This document shows positions 27,562-42,497 of a stretch of 64,000 bases of DNA, piece by piece. Under the pieces are notes generated by a model. The model saw nothing but the letters and a program-made list of their open reading frames with translations, did no database searches and was not told the origin of the DNA. Origin of the DNA: Balanoglossus misakiensis (Eukaryota; Animalia; Hemichordata); NCBI GenBank assembly GCA_040954595.2, contig CM082592.2, positions 11,044,017-11,108,016 of the forward strand, in the 5' to 3' direction. How positions within the stretch are numbered: the first letter of the stretch is position 1; every line of letters starts with the position of its first letter. Both the position numbers and the translations under genes were made by a program.

Positions 27562-30500
27562 GTGAGTAATATTTAAAATCATTCGAAGCTTTTATAACAT
27601 TTTAAGGCAGCCCCACTTTCAATTACTCAATTTTTCTATTTCAGGACACGAGGCCTAATTACTATTTGATGTATAGGCTCTGTCGTTCCCAGTCCAGCTG
27701 GCTTCAGTAAAATAAAAATCTAACATCGGCCTAATTTCTCGATCATTTGACTCAGTGTAAACATAAGCGTAGTGACAGCCTCGCATGTAAAGGTGGTTGG
27801 CTTTTGGGAAGCATTAGGACTTAGCAATAATGATTACAATCACTGCGGTCGAAAGATCTTTTCAGTGCGAGAGTAAACGGGTCAAACGTGGAACAAGCCC
27901 ACATTATCAGCGCAACAGCGGGATATGAAAATATTACAGCGTAGTAGGCAATTTTACATTCCCGCGGCACGATACCACCAGCCCCGTCGATATTTTAAGT
28001 TTGCCGCCATAAATTCCACCTGCCTACCACAACTCCAGTGTCGAATTACTAGTATATAAAAGGGGAAAGCTTTTAACGCGCTAAAAATACATCGTTTTGA
28101 AACATGATTAATCTCGGAATACTCTGAGCGATTGACCCAATAAAACCATCGGAAAATAACAGTTTGCATGTGGTTATAGGATGAGAGATTTACTGTCAGG
28201 TCGAAACGTCATCCATTTAACAGAACTGACCTGGTGTCCCTGAAAATGTCACCGGATAACAATAAAAAATCTACAAGGTATTAATTTTGGTATGCAAAAA
28301 ATTTTAAGAGATTTTTCTCGCTGGGCTTTGTGACCTGTAGGCTACAATATAAAATATTGCGCTGTTGTTGAAAAAGGTCGCAGAAGATATTACGATATTT
28401 ACACACTGAATTATGCATTTTTTCTGTCAGAGTGACGCTAAATATCCAATATAACGTTTGGCAGCTCTCTGGTGTATCACTGAAAACCAAGTATTGTTTT
28501 CCAAGTGCTTTGAAAATGGCACCAGGACAAAATGGAAATGGAACAGAAATGAGTTTCTGATACCCGCGGGAATGGGAACTCTTTCAAATGTCAACGCATC
28601 TGTTTTCTGAGACAAGTCTTTTGGAGAATTGCTGATAAAGGTAGTCTCCAGCGTCCGATGTCGATAAAACACTAATGCATATGGATGCGCGGGACACCGT
28701 GCCAAATAGCGGGTACCACAACCTGTAGAGGGGCCCTTTAATTTGAAATTCATCGACAGAGTCCATCATTGGAATATAATTTTATTTTTTACGACATCTG
28801 TGCCTTAGCAGTGGATCTAGAAATTCAGATGTTCGCTTTCGATGTCGCTTCTCAAAATATACAGGTCTAACTTACGAATGCAGAACTTAATATATTTTAC
28901 TAGATTTGGTCCTCTAATGAAATCTACGCATTTCTAGGCGATTCGACTATATCAACAAACAATTAAAATCATAGTTTATATTGAGATGCTAATGTAACTA
29001 ATTTATTTCATACACTCCGATGTAATATCGTAAAATGCAAGTTGATTTTAAAGGCGTTCATTGTTCATCACTGAGAAAGCTATTTTACAGAAACTCAATT
29101 ATATGGAGGTGACAACGGTTTAATTACTCTCTGATTGATTGATTCAAGTCATTAATGTCGTGACGATTAATTAATGGAGGCGGCCATTTCATTGTGGCTT
29201 TTTTACCTCGCCTACGTTAATTTTCTTGTCCTACAAGGCGAGTGAGGTTTTGTAAATGGATATTACACAGTATACCAGTGGTTCAGGCGGAATATGGTTG
29301 ATAGAAAAGTTTAAGCAGCCTATTCTGCAATTTTTGCGCGTTTCTGGTCGGTCTGTCCAATAAGACCTACTCATAAGGATGCTACACACAAGCACTGAAA
29401 ACGAAGCTGATGGACAGGATGTTGAGTTTTACACCACGTCGATGCGACGGAAGACATTAGCTGACTTTCTAGGCGGGCTTCCAAATTGGGGAATTTGATG
29501 TGGATAATTTTTAAGTGCCCTTGGTGTTATCAGATTCCGTCATCTGGAAAGCTGGGCGGAAGAAGAATGTTCACGTTTGCGGAATTTCAGTCATCTTGTT
29601 GTAATATTCATCAGTACATAAATTAAACGACGCATTTATTGCCGTGACCCGGGCGTCCATCTTTCAGGGCGCACCTGCTAACAAGCAAAGAATGATTTTA
29701 CGTTCCTTCGTTGCTATTAGCCGTTGAAAGCTAACTCACACAGAGGAAATTTGCATGGCAGAAAATAAAAAAGACTAGTATTGGGTTTGAATTTTATCAG
29801 AATTAGGGTTCGTATTCGAAAATGGATTCGCATAACCATGTGACAGAATACCGGAAAGCACTCGCGCCGATAATTGTATACTTTAACTCCACGAGAACTC
29901 AAATTCTGAAGGGAAAACCTGATCTAATTTGTCTCCTCTAAAAGTCTCTTTCGGATATTAAACCTGTCTCCTGTTTTGCACGTTTTGAATTGTTTGGTTC
30001 TATCCAAACACTGAGTAATCATTCGTCCGAGTCACTTTAATACTATCACTCAGACTCTAGCTAAAAGAATCTCAATGTGTCACGCGCACTCAATATGGCG
30101 CGCACGCGCACTCGACACAGCCTAAGCACACTTACCACTACACTTGAAATGCACAAACTCTGAAATGTACAATTTATACTTGATAGGCCCACTGTGTATC
30201 TCAGCCAGGGATCTCGATGAATTCCACCTGATTGAACAAGGTGATGTATTTTACATGACTGTTGCACCCCCGTGTAGTCACGTTTTTTAATGGGAGACAA
30301 AGAGGTATTCAAACCCGTATTCATCGCCAACTATCGATTGACGTAACCTCGACCCAAAACTCGTTGAACATTACGCGTGAGAAGTGGGTGTCATTTCGTT
30401 GCTTTCACGTTTCATTTAAACTTCGAGCTTCACGGAAAAATCACTTAAGCAGTGTCAACATTTCACAGCAATGTAGAAAGTAAGCATTAGCGGCAATGTG

Positions 30501-31259
30501 TGCAGATTTGTGGAATCCGGTACTAGTAGTAGTGGAAAGAGCAAGTCGGCTGCGCGCACATGCGAAAATCTAGGATAAAAGTGACATTTCAGTTGGACGT
30601 TACATAACATAATTAACATTGCATCACAATAATTTGTGAAAGATATGAGACAGACCTAAATCCGTGCATTCAATTTATAAAAGAAAAGAAAAAACGCCCG
30701 AAAAGTCCCAACTATGATTTACATTCCTCTGACGAAAGTGACAGTCTGTTCGTACAGAAAAGAATATCCTTCAGCGACTTCAGAAAGCAAACATTTGTTC
30801 AGCAGTTCTCAGATCACATCACTGAGGTAGCTGGTAAACATTCACAGAAACGAGTTTTCGCGAGATCGGCTAAATGGTTTCATGCTAAAAGCAATTTTAC
30901 GAGACTGAAGCAAAAGGCTTTCATCTGCAGTACAAAAGGAAAGATTAAGGCTCCGAAATTAGTTTTGTTAAACCACACAGAGACCCGTCCATAACATTAG
31001 ACTAGAAGATCACTTAAGTTGAAATTAAATCCTAACAAAAACCTATTTATCATACCTGTAATGGAACATGTTTTTTTCTCCAGCAGTATAAGATCTTGGT
31101 TTATTTACTCCAATGCTTTTTCTTCTCTCTGGGACATTTTCCATTATGGACAATAATAATATTTCATTGTTGTGCGCGTTCAATGCATTTGGTCAAGGTC
31201 GCATATTTCTCGATGTAACTCGTCATATAAACTGCATGTGTTTACTTTACTCTTTCGGG

Positions 31260-31447
31260 TTAAAGGGCCACGAACGTCTTAAGCGCATGTGCCAAATCGG
31301 AGACTCTGGCGACAGAAATTATATACAGTCAAAGCCATAAGGCAGCGTGCAGTACTAACAACAGACAAGATGGCGGCGACCATAGTCTGCGCATGTCATG
31401 TATCCCATGAATCTTTGTTGGTTTCACGGGTCTCACGTGACCTTTGA
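31260..31447. mobile_element. Putative short non-autonomous DNA transposon (MITE-like, TTAA-bounded)
   Basis: Begins TTAAAGGGCCACG and ends CGTGACCTTTGA (imperfect inverted match); its first 50 bp recur at 59014-59063 with 43/50 identity. Confidence 0.4.
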
Positions 31448-33029
31448 GTAAAGTACCGAGCGACCTCTGACTTCCTCGTATCTATTGATTAATTTCTGGT
31501 TACTGACATTTTAGCAGTTTGAATATAATTAATGATCAATAAATAATTGGCTATAATATATTATTAGTACGCACATTTCATTATTAAGACACAGAAATAA
31601 ATTAATGCGTCCCCTTTTTCAATAATTTAGTACAGCAAGAACGATCGTTAAAGAATCTGTCACAACGTAGGCCTATATAGGGTATTTAATTATATAATCA
31701 TATATGGACTGAATATGCTCTCGTGTTTGAAAAAAATATCGACAATATGCAAATTAGAAAATCTTATTTTCATGAAGCTACTCATGTTTTTGAATGCATT
31801 TATGCTGCTATGGGGTCACTCCGCAAGTTACATCATTTTCTATATTATGAATACATGCCTCATCTTTGTTACATATATGCCGCATGCTTTATCCGGTTTT
31901 GGGCAGTAATTTCAAAAACATATCAATGAATGATTACTCTGATTCATTAAATATCCATATTGGAATTCACTGAAAAGACACTATACAAATTGTCTCTGAA
32001 TACAACGATCTAAGCGATGCGAGAGAGTGTCTTCAGGAAGTTTCATCTGCTTTCATCCGGGAACAAAGAATGAGTCACGTGACACTGAAAAATAACGACA
32101 AATGAGTGTCATGTCGTGGCTGTTTACTCAGGAACTAAAATCCACTACCTAGGTCTTTTAATAATCTTGGTAATTTGCCAAGAACATTCTATTCACGATT
32201 ATTCCCGCCTTTCAAACCTTGAGGAACACCTCAGGGAACTGTAGGTGGCTCATCAGTCAGACGTAATACCGTACTTTGTCGCGACTTTATAGCAGCGGGC
32301 GTTAACATGTCTACTATATTTCTTCTGTTCACTATTCCCATGATTATTTCATTTTGAGATATTTTCATGGTACTTTCCTCACGTAAACATGTTTTTAAGA
32401 TATTTGTATATTTTTTAATCTACTAACCCTGCCGAAAACTGTCTATAAAGTATCGCATTATTGAGTACTATGTCGTTTCAGCACGCATTTTTCACATTTA
32501 CACTCTGAAGCAAAAGCTAAATTGTATGTGGTTGGTTGTGATAATGGTTTAATAGGACGCGCACTGGCAACGCTATACTTTTCTCCGCGGAAGACAGAGC
32601 TTCTTAAAAGCGATTAGGAAGTACATGGGGCCATTTTAATCACGGAGACCTGTCTATCAAAATAGTTAATTACAACAGGAATTGATAACAGCTCGACCGA
32701 ATTTCTGTGAAGAATTGCTCATAAAACGTTCTCTATATTTACTGGTGGGGAATTTTGGAAATTTAAAATTCATATCTTGACAATGAGGGCCATGGAACGA
32801 CCGACACTTTTAAAATCCCATCGCCATGACAGCCGGTTGTGATGTCATAGCGTCCGCCTAAATTGCATGGTTACCAGGGCAACTCTTTTGTCGGCGTAGA
32901 TAACATGATGTGTAAAACGAGGTTTAGCCCAGGGACTTTCATTATTCTAACGCGGTTGGTATCTTAGTTCACTTGACAAACTATTACGCATGCTTGAATT
33001 ACTAAGACACGTTCAATAAATAATACCAG

Positions 33030-33080
33030 AGCACGCACGCACAAAAGCACACACGCACACACATACACACATACATACTC
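33030..33080. repeat. Imperfect (CA)n-rich microsatellite
   Basis: GCACGCACGCACAAAAGCACACACGCACACACATACACACACATACATAC. Confidence 0.7.
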
Positions 33081-36000
33081 ACGATGATTAACGCTAGAAG
33101 CATTCTGTGCATAAAGGTATTTTAGTCATTCCATCGACGTAATTTGATACTTGCTGTTATCAATTTCATGAAAAATTGATGAGGGTAGGTATCATTACTG
33201 ATATCTCAAGAGACAATTTCGTCGATGATTGTTATCTGGCGGCAACAACTTCGCTGAAACGTAGCGTCAATGATACTACACTCACATTCCGAGTAGGATA
33301 ATGTATGCTCACATGACTTATACATGTATATGTCAACCTGGGAATGTAACATGCATATTCATGAACTATAATGTTGGACTAGATATTTCCAAATTTACCA
33401 ACATTTGAACTTCAAATTAGAATTCAAAGTCTGTTGGGTTGTTCATCAGGATTTCGTACAAGAAAATTCGGTTAGGCCTAACATGCAAATCAAAATTTCA
33501 GGGGAAAAGTGGAAAAGTTACAGTTAATGGAGCTCCAAGCGGGTACTCTTTGATGTTTATGACCTGACGCGACCTAGACCACAGTGCATCTCTGATTTCC
33601 GTGGTAGGCGTGCACAATATGTCGTCAGAAAAAAATGTAGATGAAAGGAAACGGTTTTCCGATTTGAGACTCTGCTGACGTGTTTCCGGCTTCTGTGCCA
33701 ATCAAATTAGGCCACTTCATCGACTCGGCTTTTTTGGTGTTTACGGGACATAAACAGAAAACGCAAAAATGAGAAAGTAATAAATATGCCAGTCTAATTT
33801 TGTGTACATATAATGAGATCTTATTACCATCAACACAGTGTTAGGCTAGGGGCAGAAACAACAGAGAGTCATACACTTCAGTGAAAATGACTCCACATTT
33901 AGAATGCAGCTGTTGTCTTGCCAGGATAAAATATTTACGTCACAGGCAAGAGTGACAAATAATAGGAGTCTCCTGATTAATCGCCACACAAGGACATTTA
34001 TTGCTATCATGTAAAGGAATATCAAATATATGAATACATGATTAAGTATTCTCATAACTATTTCAGTGTAAAGGTTTGGTGATTGTACAAATAATGATGA
34101 TTCACTGGTTATCGTAAGTTATGGACGCGTCGTACGTTTTGACAATAACTTGCTGAGTAAGGCTGACTTGGGCAGGTGTTCATTATATTGGCCATTCAGG
34201 TCCCGCCATTTTCCTTCAATTTCCTGAAAAATCGATACCAAGCTGCCTGCCTCAATAGAATTGACTGCGATGTATAAGTGCTGCTTTATTTTTACGTTTC
34301 TGTTTATCTTCTTTTCCTAAATTGACATCGCTTGTTTTATTATCGCTCTTGGTTTTTTTTATTGAAACCATCGATTTCATGGGCTGGAGCGTGTGTTGCA
34401 TGCTGTAAATCGTGTGAACGGATGCAAATCATGCGTAGCGCCACCAACGATGTCATCAATTCAACATATGACACATCTAAAAATTGCACTCAAAATATCT
34501 ATTTGCTGTCATATAGTTCTTGAACAAGACTACGTATGTGCCCCTATATTGCTTATTACTCAAAGGTATATCAATATTATCAGTCTCTTGACCCACGTCA
34601 TAAATCACCAACGCCAGTAACTTTTTGACTAAACATTTTTTTGCTTATTTTACATTTAAGTAAATTTTAACAGACCAGAAATACGCCCTAAAATTTGCCC
34701 CAAATTGATAATATACAGTGACATAAATCAATACCATATGTTTACCTTTTGTAATAAAGCATATGCGTCGCCTATTTACGCATGCGCATATGCTCATACG
34801 TGTCAATAATTTTTACCCTAATCAATTTCACATGATTAACATTGAAAGCAATTAGCTTGTCTTGACTAATAAGTGTTCTCATTCATAATATGTCTGTTTG
34901 TTTTGTTCCAATCAGCGATTTCCGCTGAAAGAAGATGAACAAGCACGCAGAGGTTGATTTCAATTCACTGCGTTTTTAAGATCTTTCAGTTCTGACATCC
35001 ATCATTGTGTTTTATGACACCAGTAAAAACGTTTTATTCTTCGTGTAGCGTTGTTTGATTGATGAGAATGAGCAACATACGGTTAGTGACGTACAATGGC
35101 TTTACTCAGAGCCATGACATTATACACAAAGGGGTAAAAAGGATTAGGGACGCTTTAAAATAGGTGAATTTTTCGTTGATGCGCTTCCAGTCGCTTCTCG
35201 TTGTCATATCAAATAATTATTGGCGTTATCAAATGATTGATGACATGATCTACTGCCAAATAGAAGTACGCCCTCTATAGGTAATACATATAATTTCGAG
35301 AATCAGCAAGCATTTCAGGAATATGGCATTTGTTTGGATAAAATGAATTATAGATGTCAGGTTGACCTGGTTATAAATATCAAATCCAAGAATCTAAGAC
35401 AAAAATGGGGATATTGATTATTTGGATCAAGAAGCAACCGTTAAATTTTAAGTCACCGTGTTGAGAACAAAATTTGCTGATTTTGTTAACATACTATAGA
35501 GACGAAACCGCGACATTAAACCGCGGAGTGACAGAGAAACTTGTTCGTTTGATGAACTCCAGTCGTAATGTCACATGCTTCGTGGGTGCAGATGGGCAAA
35601 TTAGCAGAGGTAGACATTTAATGACGAAACGGAAACATCGGTGCGTTATTCACCCGTGGCGCCGCCATCCGCTTATGTGAAGGAAAATGTCGGTGGGGGG
35701 AATCGCGCCAACTCGGTCGCACGGGTCGCTTGGCAACCGCCATTCTACTCGGGATGAGGGAAAAAAAGTGTCAGTGCGTCGAGTTTCCCGCCCAGGCGAG
35801 ATCATAATAAATATCGCATCAGAGTATGTGATGTCATCGCAACGTATAACGCAGATTGACAGAGTATTGACTTGGGGTTCATTTGCATATACATACACAA
35901 ACATAGGTACCTGGTATACCTACGTCGAACGGGGAGCACTGAGGAAGTGTAGAGGGTGATTCCCGGAGCGGGAATGCGACAGAGGGGCCAAGAGGGCTTC

Positions 36001-36091
36001 CGAAAGAGGGCGGGAAAATACCAGAAGAATTTTAACTGTTCAAATTGAGCTGCGGATCCAGTAGAGGATCTCCGAAAACAAATCTGCCAAG

Positions 36092-36148
36092 ATGATGATG
36101 CTGAAACACTACGCCAATAAGAGTGCCGGTCAACAAGACGTCGTACAG
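36092..36148 (+). other. Candidate first coding mini-exon (MMMLKHYANKSAGQQDVVQ), phase 0
   Basis: AAGATGATGATG start, donor CAG|GTGAGG, preceded by a GC-rich region with GGGCGG near 36008. Confidence 0.35.
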
Positions 36149-39100
36149 GTGAGGACATGAGGAGACTTCTAGGCTGGTAACTTTATAGTCTGATGGTGTC
36201 CAAAATCCAAAACCCTCCCTAATTCGTTGAGCTCCACAACTAGCACTCGTGTCATCGCAATATTTGAACCATTCAAAATGCCCGTGCTGTAAGCATCTCG
36301 GTAGCAAGGTTATCGGTGGGAGAGATCAACCAAGGTGAAAGCCATGATAGCAGATTCATTGGCACCTTCATTCAAAACACGGCAGCAACCAAGTATCCTG
36401 ATTTGATTGGTTATGTAACTTTCGATTCAAAAGGAAATTCTCCATTCAGGGATTTCCCTGTGGCTGTGATGCAACCGTGTTGTTGTAGAAGAAGGTTAGA
36501 AGCAAATCTGTTGAAAAAACAGCTCGCTTTATCCTTCTTTTTGTTTATACTAGCGGCAATATACCAGGTGAAATATTCACGATATTCCAAGTGGTTCTTT
36601 TATTGGCCCTGCATTTCTCCGTAGTCGCGGTTTTGCTGTCCGCTATATAGAATTAAATTAAACGTGTCTTGGTTACACACTCGCGCTTGCTGATAAATGT
36701 GTGAACGAAAACACACAATATAACAGTGTAATTTAGACACACGTAATCCGACTCCCGTTAACGCGAGCTGTCGGTGTTTCAGAGTAAATGCCATTGCGGC
36801 TGTCGTTCAATTGTTGCTAAATTTAACAACAGTACTGGGCGCGTAAATAATGCTTAATAAATGAGTTTCGTGGGACGAAACGCTATATTTACATGACGTT
36901 CTAGCTTCTTCTATGCTAAGTAGCACAATTTACTGATACCAATTGCAAGAGTTGAGGCAGAGGTTCCCGTGGGGGCAATTAGAAAAATCCTGTGCTTTCT
37001 TTGCCATATCAAATGTTTAAAACAGTAATTTCTAAACCGTTCATCACAACATTCGGTCGGCCCATGCGATTCGCAAGGACGGACCCATAATACCACAAGA
37101 AAGAGGACAGGTCAGGCCAGTGTTAATCAAAATAAACTGCGCAAACATAATGGTATTTGCCATTTTATTTTCAATTATAATTAAGGCGCTTTCTGTCACA
37201 CGATTGAATGACAGTTCTGTCGATCTTTCGTTCATACTATGCGATTCCATGTTTGCATGAAACGTGTGGCGAGTTTACATAGGGAACTCACTTATTGACT
37301 CATTTCGCTTCGTCAATTGCGAGAGACCTACATAAACACGCACTGGCTGGATTTGATATCAACATGACATTTTGGAATGACAAACACATTTATAGATGTA
37401 CATGTATGTCCAACGAAATAAAAGTTGGCGCGAAGCGTCATCAAGAATGGTGTCTAAAATTGTTACCAAGCCTGAGCGGATTTCGAGACTAAATCGTAAC
37501 ATATGTTTGCTTTATTTAGTCTGAATTGAATTGCACCCGTGCATTACTTGTTTAGAAACTTCAGAAGCAACAGAGTGTACTTGCATCATGCGTAGCAATC
37601 AAAGAAAATCTCGTCAAAGAACTTATAATAGCGTATGGCTTGATACAATAGTGCGAGATTTGAATCCGCAAGAAGCGCGTAGGAAAAGAGTGAGTACGAC
37701 TTATCTGTTTTCTTTTTCTGCAACGCCTTCCCTCCTTCCCTCCGCTGACCAAATTACACTATTAACCTGGGGCCATATTTGACAGTAACCGCGGCGTCGT
37801 TTCTATGTCAGAAAGTCAAAGTTACTGTACAGAGCCAATGGGCTAATCATTTGATGTCAAAGATCCGAGCACTCCAAGGGAAACAAGAAAGACTGTTTAG
37901 TATAGTAGGCTAATAATGCCAAACTATCAGGCAAATCGCACGGCCACTGGAATTAACGATATTACAATCCGACGCATTCTTCATGTGTACCGCCGAAGTG
38001 GCATCAATCACGTGACCTTACTACGCACATGCACACACTACACCCGGTTTGTCAAGTTTGTTTTCATTCCACCTTAGCGGTTATCAATTTTTCACACGAC
38101 CTCTCTTAAAGATATCCATTTTACAATATTTACCACGGGCTACTGACACCTTCATGTTGAGGCGTTTGACCTCGGCTGTATTCAAATAGCGGGCTTACTG
38201 TACACCCGGTTTCCCATAGCTAACAATAGACTTGCATATTTTCTTTATTCAGCGCCAAAATTAGCCAAATTCAATGCCATCCATGTGAAAAAACTCTAAT
38301 AAACACTTCTGTTACCAGCTGAGTTTGGTATTTTGTTCGGAAAGCGATTGGAAGGGATTCGACATGGTGCCCAGCTGCAAGCGCAGATGCTAATCGGTTT
38401 AGTGGAAGAATAGCATTTTTTCAAGAAGCTGACACTAGAATTCTAATTCAACTGGTCTGAGCGGGGAATGAATTGGTATGTGAGAGTGTATGGTTATCAG
38501 GGCTCTGTTCTCATCCCGCTTGGAGATACGGATAGAATACAAAATGACCAAAAGGCGACCTTGTGAAAAATCAATTTCAAGTTAGTTTTCAGGCTCAAAA
38601 CGACTCGAGCAAGCGTAATATAGTTATTAGTAAAATGATTCATATGAACAGCCTCAAACTAATACAGCATAACGCGAACACAAAGACACCCGACGTCTCT
38701 CAGTAATTGGGCCCTCCATTTCATTTCGCTTTGTCATCAGAAAATAATTTTGTATCAGCTTACACGTAGCGATAACCCCGTGACCTGAAATACCCCGTAT
38801 GTAAATTTGTCAAACGAAGTTTCTACAAAACGTATTACGCCCACGTTTGCATAAAAGACACATTTTCAATAACTTTATTCTGTTTGAATAGACTTGTTCT
38901 CATGTCGCCCTGTTCTTTCTATGAAATGATTCACAATGGTTCTCCCTCGGCCAAACTGCTTCATTGATACTCGTCTTAGAAAGTCAGCCACGATTAAAAT
39001 TAGCAATTATACCGCTTGTTCACTTTCAGGTTTTATAAACGCATTCAGCAGACCTGAAAATAAATTTGTCTGCGTTACTTTCCGTGAGTAGAATTGTGTT

Positions 39101-42100
39101 GCAAATCAGTCGCGTTGAGTCCATTTAAATTATCCACATTCATAAGAGTTTGGCTTGTTGTTCAGTCACCATAATAAGTAAAGTATTACTTTTTAATTTG
39201 CGCAAAACCGACAATTTTATTCGTATTGTTTTCGAGTGGCAATACCATTTCTTTACAAAGGGCTTCATTACTCTACATCATATCGGAATGGCCCAATTTT
39301 CCTCATAATTTACGCAGTATGTCATCTCGGTGACAATGCTCTTAATTTGTGTATATTGCGGCAATGCATATTTAAACATCTCTCCAAGTTACTGCTTATT
39401 CGATTTGATAGATACTTCACGAAACAATATTTTATATTTACGAGATTAACGATGCACTGAAAATAGATATAAAAGTAGTTTGCCAGAAAAGGCAAATTGG
39501 GTTACTACCAGAATTTACATAATGCCATGGCAACTGCGTCGTGAAGTGCTACTTTGACGACTGTTTTGTACCTAACGGGGCACTGCTGGTGACAAGGGGC
39601 CTCTACCGGCGTTTGACGTTGAATTTTAAAACCTCAGAATGGACTTGAAGTCGTACACGACATAGACGAATATTAATCTAACCAGTCATTTCAACCCCAT
39701 AATATTTGTGTATAGTAAACGTTTTCTCTTTTAAGGCACATCAATACTTCGCATAGGCCAATCAATTTTAATGATATAAAATTAATATACTTAGCAGTAG
39801 CTCATATGAAGTCCATAATTCGATATGCTCTACCTAGTGTTTCGTTTTGTTTAGTTTAAGTAGTTGTATCCTAAAGTTGTGGTAAAATATATTGAAATGG
39901 CACGCACACCTCATGAGATTTACAAGTTGGTCACATATTCTTTTCTTTGTTAGTTGTGCATGTATATAGAAACGTCTGATTATTTTCTATCTGTTGTTAT
40001 TCAAAAAGGATACAGTATTTCAAAACTAGGAGATTTGTTTAAGTGGTTGTACATTTTTCGACCTTTTCTTGCTGTGTAAACTTGTTGGCTTGGAGTGGCT
40101 TGGAGTCATACTCTCATATAGGTACGGTGTCAGATTGATCAGTACACTCGAGTTAAGAAATTACACGTAGAAAACGGTTCAATCAAAGTGCAAATTATCT
40201 AAAACCAACCAGGGTTCTATTTAAAGATCTTTGTCCGTAATTTCAATTTCCTTAATATCCGCTGTGCCTTTGTCCCGGTTGTGTTCGTTGCATCACGACT
40301 CTTCTCTCCTGAAAGCTGTTTTATTCAGAAACCGGACAACCTCCTGGCTCTAGACGCCCATTAGCAAATTAATGGAATGTAATTTTGAAATGATTTGACT
40401 GATGAAATTTGGTCTGATATTGCAAGTGTGTTGACATTGTCGAGCAAGAGATGACCTATACGTAATCGAGAGATATTCTCTCAATTTCTATCCTTTATGA
40501 TGGGCGGGAGATATTTTCGGTAAAAGCCAATTTAATCGGTGACAACTACAGCTTTAATAGCACACAACGTAAGAACAAATACCTTCTCATTTGCCCAGCT
40601 AATTACACGAGATGTACTCCCCAGCGACACGACTATGAGCGACAGAAAGTCTGGCAACTTAAAAAAAAGTACGGCCGGATGAACCCTCAGATTGATTCAA
40701 ATTGCAGTAAGTGATGATGACAAGGTTTACGTACTCGTAATAAATCTGAAACGTTGAGTGGTATGTAGACGAATTAAGAAAGAATCACGAGTCAAATTCA
40801 TGTTATCCGACCATCAACTCGAAATATTCGCCATCAATTATTACTCACATTTATTTTCTCGATCGGTGACAACAGTAATTCTTTATATAAATGAGATTTT
40901 TTTGTTGCTGTATAAATATAAACCTAGCATTTACTCTGACACTGAAACATGTCTATACGCAAAAACACGACGCAAGAAAACGAGCAAGATTTGTTTGCAA
41001 ATCTCTCACCACAACTGGGCCAGGCCAGCGAAACAATTTCCACGAAGCGACCTTGAAAAGCTACATCAACGATTGCTTGTCTCCTGATAATCAAACCCTG
41101 GCAGCTCATAAATGCAGTCTTTGTGGTTATTTTCAGAGCACTTGGTTGGGCTCTGTGTGAAAGTGGATAAATGAAGGATGCAAACTTAATTAAACTCTCG
41201 ACATTCCAGGTATTCAAAATGCAAATAATTTGATTTCTCTTCATTAGAACCTGAACGCCCCCAACGGTCATCCTTACAGCTTTTATGTCACCTTTTGTCT
41301 GACTAGTCACGCATGCGTAACGAAGAACATGGTTAATGGACACTCAACGAAAGGAATTGAATTTGGTCTAAGCAATCTCGGGATTAATATAAGTCCAATA
41401 TCATAGTCCCATTGTGTTGATAAAATGGTAATACCTCGTCAAATTTAATATTCTTCAATCGAAGAAAATAGGCTAAGAGGCCTATGGTAGTGTAGGAACC
41501 TAATACTTAAAAAGTGTTACCATGAAGGTAGCTTAAATTAGGTCGGCTAAGAAACAGATGAAATTTGCTCAGTGCAGGATAAACAGTTCTTTTGGTTGCG
41601 TCACTGTCTGTGAACATTCTAGGGGAATAAACACCATGTCCGCCATTTTGAATGTTTATACGTTGGCGGCCATATTTGAGTGGAACACCCGTATAAGCAG
41701 CGCAGCACTATACGAGTTCAACGTTCGCACACCTTTGATAAGGTCTTCAAGTGAAAAGGGGTAATTTAGCGAGTTACAAATAGAAAACTGGGTCAGATTT
41801 TTATCTTCAATTTTCCTGTATTACAGTGATACAACCCATTAAATTCCTCAACCACCAAGAATAGCTACAGATAATCATCTAACCTGTCATTTTCAAGAAA
41901 GCAATCAGCAATTTCTTTCGCATTTTCGTTAATCAATACTCTTTTCAGACTGATCTGAGGCAAGTAATTATTAATCAATGTGTCTGGTCACAAAGGGATT
42001 CGCGATCGCACTTGACTGATTGTCTTCTTGTCTTCCTGTATTACGCATTACTAAACCCACCACAAATTGAGTGGGGGATTGAAATTTTTCAAAATAGCAG

Positions 42101-42413
42101 GGACCGAAAATTCACGAAGAGAAATATTTTCAAGTCCAATGTTTCTGGACACCCATGACGTCATATGACAGAAACCTGGGAAGACACTTGCTCTCCAATC
42201 TTAGACACTGTCTCCATGTCGATGACGAAATAAGTAAGACCAACCTTATGTTTCAGTCAGCTCTTTGAATTTCCTATTTTAATAACTAGCATGGCTTTCA
42301 TTGGCAGTGGACAAGGCTCGTGAAATTAAATCAATTACGTCTAATTTTAAATGAACCACCATTTTTAAGATCAGATCACATGACATAAAACGTAGAGAAG
42401 GACAAGTCAGACG

Positions 42414-42497
42414 ATGAGATTTCATTCTGACAACGGGAAGCCGCAGTGGGATTTCCCGCCAACATCAATGGACTCTATCGTATCCGCAGATCTCGAG
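42414..42497 (+). other. Candidate first coding mini-exon (MRFHSDNGKPQWDFPPTSMDSIVSADLE), phase 0
   Basis: 28 open codons from ATG to donor GAG|GTATGT. Confidence 0.35.

Noticed and set aside
29379-29498. Short ATG ORF MLHTSTENEADGQDVEFY.. as another first exon
   Set aside because: Runs into a stop without a credible GT donor.
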